A stretch of DNA of 64,000 nt from Thermodesulfobacteriota bacterium. GTDB taxonomy: Bacteria > Desulfobacterota_D > UBA1144 > Nemesobacterales > UBA2774. Numbering within the stretch: the first letter of the stretch is position 1; each line of letters begins with the position of its first letter. The notes below the pieces were generated by a model. That model ran no database searches and was not told the origin of the DNA. It saw only the letters and a program-made list of their open reading frames with translations. Both the position numbers and the translations under genes were made by a program. This document shows positions 59,753 through 64,000 of this stretch, one piece after another. The stretch spans positions 506,041 through 570,040 of the forward strand of contig OZ244197.1 in NCBI GenBank assembly GCA_965216785.1, read 5' to 3'.

Positions 59753-60994
59753 TTAGTTGTATACGTCCATGAGGCTTCTGAGCACGGGAGCCGACTTTGA
59801 GCGCCTCATACGCTCAAGAGCTTTCTTTTCGATCTGCCTGATTCTCTCTCTGGTGAGCTGGAATTTCTTGCCGATCTCATCGAGCGTAAAAGCTGTTTCA
59901 TACCCTATGCCAAAGCGCATCTTCACGACTTCCCTCTCTCTAATGTTAAGCTTAAGGAGAGCGGTGTTGATGTTGTCGGGGATGGAGATCTCGGCTATCA
60001 GGCTGTCAACGCCTGTGGAGCCAGAGTCCTCGACGAAATCGAGATATGTCGCGTTCTCACCAGCCCAGACAGGGGTGTCGAGACGAACTACACGGTTACC
60101 GCCTGATTCGAGTATTCTCCTAACGTTCTCAACACTCATTTTTGCCTTAGCGGCAATTTCTTCGGCAAATGGCTCTCTTTCGTTCTCTTTGGTGAGCACC
60201 CTTTTTACGTGGCGCACCTTGCCTGCTTTTTCCAGAAGGTAGGCGGGCATCTTAACAGTTCTGGTCTGATTGAATATGCCCCTGGTCATAGCCTGGTTGA
60301 TCCACCAACAGGCATATGTGGAAAACCTGTAGCCCTTTTCGTGGTCGAACCTTTCTACAGCTTTTATGAGGCCGAGGTTACCTTCCTGGATGAGGTCGAG
60401 GAAAGGAACGCCGCGTCCGACGTAGCGCTTTGCCATACTGGCGACAAGCCTGAGGTTTGATTTTACAAACCTGTTCCTGAGCTGGACGCCTTTGTTTGTA
60501 AATGCTCTGTACCTGCCAAGAAGAAGAGCGAGAAGTCTCTTATCGCCGGCAGTCAACTTGGAGCTATTCGGGGAAAGGCTCCACACCTCGGTATCTAGAT
60601 ATTTATATGTTTCGACCTGGTAGTTAGCCCAGTCGGCGTCAAATTTCATGCCGGTTAATTTTTCAATGTTCTTTTTGCAGTCTTTGGCACCGGATTCACA
60701 AGCCTTGATCTTAGCCGCAATCTGAGCTTCCTCATTCGGCGTTAGAAGCGGTTCAAGACTTACTTCCTGAAAGTATGCGTTTACAAGTCTGAGGTCACGG
60801 TTTACCTCTTCTGTTTTTTTACCTTTAGTCTTAGCAACGACTTGCGCGGGCTCCGGCTCGGAATGGAGCTCCTCGTCCAGAACCTTTTGCGGCTCCTCAA
60901 TTTCTTCGTGGTCAAATTCGTGAACAACACTCTCAAGCTGAACAGTAGCTATTTCTTCGTCGTATGTATGGCCGTATTCGATTTTTTTAGACAT
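59753..60994 (-). CDS. rpoD: RNA polymerase sigma-70 family factor (group 1/2, RpoD-like, 413 aa)
   Basis: Region 2 DLIQEGNLGLIKAVERFDHEKGYRFSTYACWWINQAMTR, region 3, and region 4 HTH TLDEIGKKFQLTRERIRQIEKKALERMR. Acidic N-terminus, no long region 1.1. Confidence 0.85.
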   Translation of the reverse strand: MSKKIEYGHTYDEEIATVQLESVVHEFDHEEIEEPQKVLDEELHSEPEPAQVVAKTKGKKTEEVNRDLRLVNAYFQEVSLEPLLTPNEEAQIAAKIKACESGAKDCKKNIEKLTGMKFDADWANYQVETYKYLDTEVWSLSPNSSKLTAGDKRLLALLLGRYRAFTNKGVQLRNRFVKSNLRLVASMAKRYVGRGVPFLDLIQEGNLGLIKAVERFDHEKGYRFSTYACWWINQAMTRGIFNQTRTVKMPAYLLEKAGKVRHVKRVLTKENEREPFAEEIAAKAKMSVENVRRILESGGNRVVRLDTPVWAGENATYLDFVEDSGSTGVDSLIAEISIPDNINTALLKLNIREREVVKMRFGIGYETAFTLDEIGKKFQLTRERIRQIEKKALERMRRSKSAPVLRSLMDVYN

Positions 60995-61274
60995 TCCTGG
61001 CCTCCTGTAGGATTAGATGTGCTTTTAATGAAAATAGATGCTCCGGTTTTGTGCCGGTTATATGTCTATAAACTAATACGATTGGAAATAGGTTTCAGCT
61101 TTAATAAAAAAAGCTGAGGGAAGGGGGCAGGAGCAGGCATAATTGAATTGATAGGGAACCCCTACGAGAGTCGAATTGTCGATGTAACTCCCTAATCTAA
61201 ATACATTATTTATCGTCGAGGTGAGAAGGCTTAAACTCCGATGGTAACATACCTCAGAATTCAATAATTCTATA

Positions 61275-61541
61275 TTACTTATTTAAAATCTCACCGACGG
61301 ATAAAGAGGAAACGGGTGATATGGACGATGTGCACTTTAACATCCCCGGCTCGAGGAACTCGACGACTTTATCGTAATCATCGGTCTCAACCGTATAAAT
61401 AATTGTATGTGAGCCGTGCTCAATATAAATATTATTCACTTTAAGGTCGTCCACATCTTCGTTTATAAATACCTTCCTAAAACCCCCGATGTCCTTGGGA
61501 CAATTTTCGGGGTCATGAACTTGGGTTATCATAAACTGCAT
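61275..61541 (-). CDS. Hypothetical protein (88 aa)
   Basis: ORF only, no recognised domain. Confidence 0.3.
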   Translation of the reverse strand: MQFMITQVHDPENCPKDIGGFRKVFINEDVDDLKVNNIYIEHGSHTIIYTVETDDYDKVVEFLEPGMLKCTSSISPVSSLSVGEILNK

Positions 61542-61753
61542 GATTACGCCTCCTGTACTGGAATTTATACATATAAACCCTCATAACCCACTAAAATTGC
61601 AAATTATCTGCCATAACGAAGATTCTAAAAGGGCAATACTTGAGGAGGGTTACAGCCGTTTATGTTGCAAAATCATCTGTCATTCGTCATAAAATCAGAC
61701 AGAGATTATGCCATTTACGGTATTTTAAACGTTATGATGAGTATTTGGGATAC

Positions 61754-62533
61754 TCACTGGATGGGAGAGGTATCTATATTGCCCTCGGCTTTACTTCTTA
61801 TCTCGTCCCACTTCTGAAGAAGTATCATGAGCGAGGAGTCGGCCTCTTTGGCTTTGCCCTCCTGTATCATGCGGAGCACGCCCCAGATTTCTGTAACAGA
61901 GCGCTCGTTATCGAGGGTGTAGGGGTGTATGATGGAGCAGATATCACCGTAATTTAGAACGATGAAGCCGCCGGGATCAAACCCGGAAAGCCAAGCCCGG
62001 AGATCGGATAGACCCTTTTTCATATGCTCGACATTTCCCGGGTGGAGAGCTGTAAAAGCTGATTTGTCATCCAGATTTGAGTAATTTTCGAGTATAGCTT
62101 CGGCCTCGACAATTCTATCTAGAGCATGCGCTATATTAGCGTCGTAATGTATGGCGTTTAGGCCCCAGTGGGTGAAGAGGGTCTTGCGTTCGTCCTCTGT
62201 AAACAGCATGAACCAGTCAAGCGGGATAATGTTTTCGGCGCTTAGAATATTGGCCTTTGACGATGCTGGGGCCACGTAGTAACTCCCATGATCGTCTTTC
62301 ATGAAGTAGCAGTCCTCAATCTCCCGCTCTTCTATCTCAAGATGATTGGCTAGCGCCTGCTGAAATGCCTTGTACTCGTTACCGAACCATACACCAAGTG
62401 GAGAGGTGGGACCTCCCCAGTAATTTTCGTAAAACTTTACGTATTCTAGCCAATAGGAGCTTTTATCCCTGAAACTATCTATGGGCTCATAGACTATGAG
62501 GGTACTTCTGGCCATTACAAAGTAATAAACCAA
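61754..62533 (-). CDS. Hypothetical protein (259 aa)
   Basis: Long ORF, no recognised domain. Confidence 0.4.
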   Translation of the reverse strand: MVYYFVMARSTLIVYEPIDSFRDKSSYWLEYVKFYENYWGGPTSPLGVWFGNEYKAFQQALANHLEIEEREIEDCYFMKDDHGSYYVAPASSKANILSAENIIPLDWFMLFTEDERKTLFTHWGLNAIHYDANIAHALDRIVEAEAILENYSNLDDKSAFTALHPGNVEHMKKGLSDLRAWLSGFDPGGFIVLNYGDICSIIHPYTLDNERSVTEIWGVLRMIQEGKAKEADSSLMILLQKWDEIRSKAEGNIDTSPIQ

Positions 62534-62619
62534 ATAAGGTCTAAAATCAATTGCATGGGGTTATGTATTTTAAATAAAATAGATTGACAAAAGCTTTACA
62601 ACCTGCTTAATATCTTGGT

Positions 62620-63336
62620 ATGCAAGAGATTTCACTTGAAGAAATTATAATAGAAGCTAAGAAAAGAAAGATAGACTTGGGGGGAGACCCTGAGAATACA
62701 ATCAAAGTTTGCGCCAAGCTGGGGCTAATACCGAAACCTAAGCGGAAAAGAACCACTAGGAAAGGGGTCAGGAAAACTACGCTCTACTTCCCTGAAAAGA
62801 CCATAGACAAGCTCGCGCACATAAAAGCTATGAAGTCCGAAGGGTTGAGTCTGCATGAAATAAGGGATAGCTTTGCACTCGAATATGTGCAGGGGGCGCT
62901 GAAAGACCTCTTGAATAACGCGGACGGCGATAAGGTAAAGGAGCTTGCTAATATTATCAGCAAGGAACAAGAGCTCGAGTCCATTGTGGAGGCTCCTCTC
63001 GTGTACTTAATTGAGGGGATGTCACAAGATGAGGCAAAAAAGCTTCTTACGCTTTTTTGCGGAGTAGGGTTCTACGCGCTGCTCGAATCGCAGAAACTGA
63101 TGGAGGAATTCCGCTTCAACGAGGCCAGACGCTCGCTCTTTAAGGCTATATTCTATAACTCTATCGCGATGCTCAGAATGGCGCGCACTACAGGGGACAC
63201 TAAGCTTGAAGATACAGCGTCTGAGATATACGAAAAGGCGGTTATCGCACCGATTGGGAAGGCGAGCGAGCGGGTCAGGAAGGAATTTATAAACTCGTTT
63301 GAGAAATACCTGAAGGACAAGGGTTTAACAAACTAG
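62620..63336 (+). CDS. Putative MerR-like HTH regulator with helical C-terminal domain
   Basis: Residues around VCAKLGLIPKPKRKRTTRKGVRKTTLYFPEKTIDKLAHIKAMKSEGLSLHEIRD resemble the MerR HTH pattern GLL.P......G.R.Y.......L..I..L...G.SL.EI. Confidence 0.5.
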   Translation: MQEISLEEIIIEAKKRKIDLGGDPENTIKVCAKLGLIPKPKRKRTTRKGVRKTTLYFPEKTIDKLAHIKAMKSEGLSLHEIRDSFALEYVQGALKDLLNNADGDKVKELANIISKEQELESIVEAPLVYLIEGMSQDEAKKLLTLFCGVGFYALLESQKLMEEFRFNEARRSLFKAIFYNSIAMLRMARTTGDTKLEDTASEIYEKAVIAPIGKASERVRKEFINSFEKYLKDKGLTN

Positions 63337-63359
63337 AGCTATCTAAAAAGCCATACCGC

Positions 63360-63611
63360 TTAAGATTTAGCAGACAAGAATGCATTGATAGAATTTACCG
63401 ACTCAAGAATCTCGGGAGTTATCTCACCCTCGTCTATGCCCACCTGGAATTCCTCTTCGAGCGCCACCACGAGCTCGAGGGTCGCCACCGAATCGAGTCC
63501 CACCCCAAGGTCTATTAACGATGAATCGTCTTCTATTTCCTCCGGGCTCATGCTTTTTAACACGTTTTGAACAAGAAGGTGTTTTATACGCTCTTTAGTC
63601 TCTTTACTCAT
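63360..63611 (-). CDS. Acyl carrier protein (stand-alone)
   Basis: 83 aa, acidic, phosphopantetheine attachment motif LGVGLDSVATLEL (DSL/DSV Ser). Confidence 0.8.
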   Translation of the reverse strand: MSKETKERIKHLLVQNVLKSMSPEEIEDDSSLIDLGVGLDSVATLELVVALEEEFQVGIDEGEITPEILESVNSINAFLSAKS

Positions 63612-63615
63612 ATTA

Positions 63616-64000
63616 TTATTTTAAACGCTCCCTGAGAACTTTGCCCGAAGGGCTGCGGGGCAGCTCGTTTACAACCTGTATTATCCTAGGCACCTTGTAT
63701 CCTGCGAGCCTGTCCCTGCAGTACTCAATGATCTCCCCTGGCTCTATATCCCCTTCTGTAACAAGGGCCGCTTTTACAAGCTCGCCGCCCTTTTCGTCAT
63801 CTACGCCTAACACTACGGCTTCTTTGAGCAGTGGGTGTGAAGTAAGCACGTTCTCAACCTCTGCCGGGTCGACCTTATTGCCGCTTATGTTTATAAAGAG
63901 CTTCTTACGGCCAACTATGTATATATAGCCTTCAGGGTCGATTCTTCCCAGGTCTCCTGTGAAATAGTAACCGTTTTTAAATACCTCGGCTGTCTCTTCG
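63616..64000 (-). CDS. AMP-dependent synthetase/ligase (acyl-CoA / acyl-ACP synthetase family), C-terminal part; continues beyond window end
   Basis: Minus-strand translation gives ...YYFTGDLGRIDPEGYIYIVGRKKLFINISGNKVDPAEVENVLTSHPLLKEAVVLGVDDEKGGELVKAALV...YKVPRIIQVVNELPRSPSGKVLRERLK, an AMP-binding C-terminal domain with the catalytic Lys. Confidence 0.85.
   Translation of the reverse strand, partial: EETAEVFKNGYYFTGDLGRIDPEGYIYIVGRKKLFINISGNKVDPAEVENVLTSHPLLKEAVVLGVDDEKGGELVKAALVTEGDIEPGEIIEYCRDRLAGYKVPRIIQVVNELPRSPSGKVLRERLK

Noticed and set aside
61073-61264. 63-aa minus-strand ORF between rpoD-like gene and the 88-aa ORF
   Set aside because: Lies in an intergenic/promoter region containing a CAGCTTT..AAAGCTG hairpin. 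No coding signal.

Overview
Chromosomal window from a diderm (Gram-negative-type) bacterium of moderate GC, dominated by housekeeping genes. Gene content in order: 5' part of dnaE (truncated at window start); ftsY-ribD-nadD-rsfS on +; a complete 15-gene dcw (division/cell-wall) cluster on the - strand, mraZ-rsmH-ftsL-ftsI-murE-murF-mraY-murD-ftsW-murG-murC-murB-ftsQ-ftsA-ftsZ, tightly overlapping and without ddl (7.3-23.9 kb); murJ; a secreted GH5 endoglucanase with two CBM2 modules; TPR protein, aroQ, recJ, SPFH protein; gcvT-gcvH-gcvP; def; a secreted acetolactate decarboxylase/cyclase pair; nifS-like desulfurase; THEP1-like NTPase; a Rieske[2Fe-2S]-TPP enzyme fusion; kefG-kefC; a MshEN-receiver protein; glnB-glnA with a sigma-54 promoter; an isolated nuoJKL module; nth; an rpoD-like sigma factor; and, at the right edge, ACP plus an AMP-dependent ligase (truncated). 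No tRNA/rRNA, CRISPR array, IS element or prophage signature was seen. The less ordinary items are: (i) the Rieske-TPP fusion with a co-oriented unknown gene; (ii) two novel secreted low-complexity proteins, one extremely Tyr-rich and one Cys-rich with a 3x [CX3C-X6-CX3C...GGGAK...CX3C-X6-CX3C] repeat; (iii) a MshEN(c-di-GMP-type)-acidic linker-REC regulator operon divergent from glnBA; (iv) a GH5 cellulase with CBM2 repeats each preceded by a Cys-bracketed EF-hand-like loop; (v) a duplicated hairpin+30-nt intergenic element flanking nth; (vi) duplicated GTGG-repeat putative MraZ operators.
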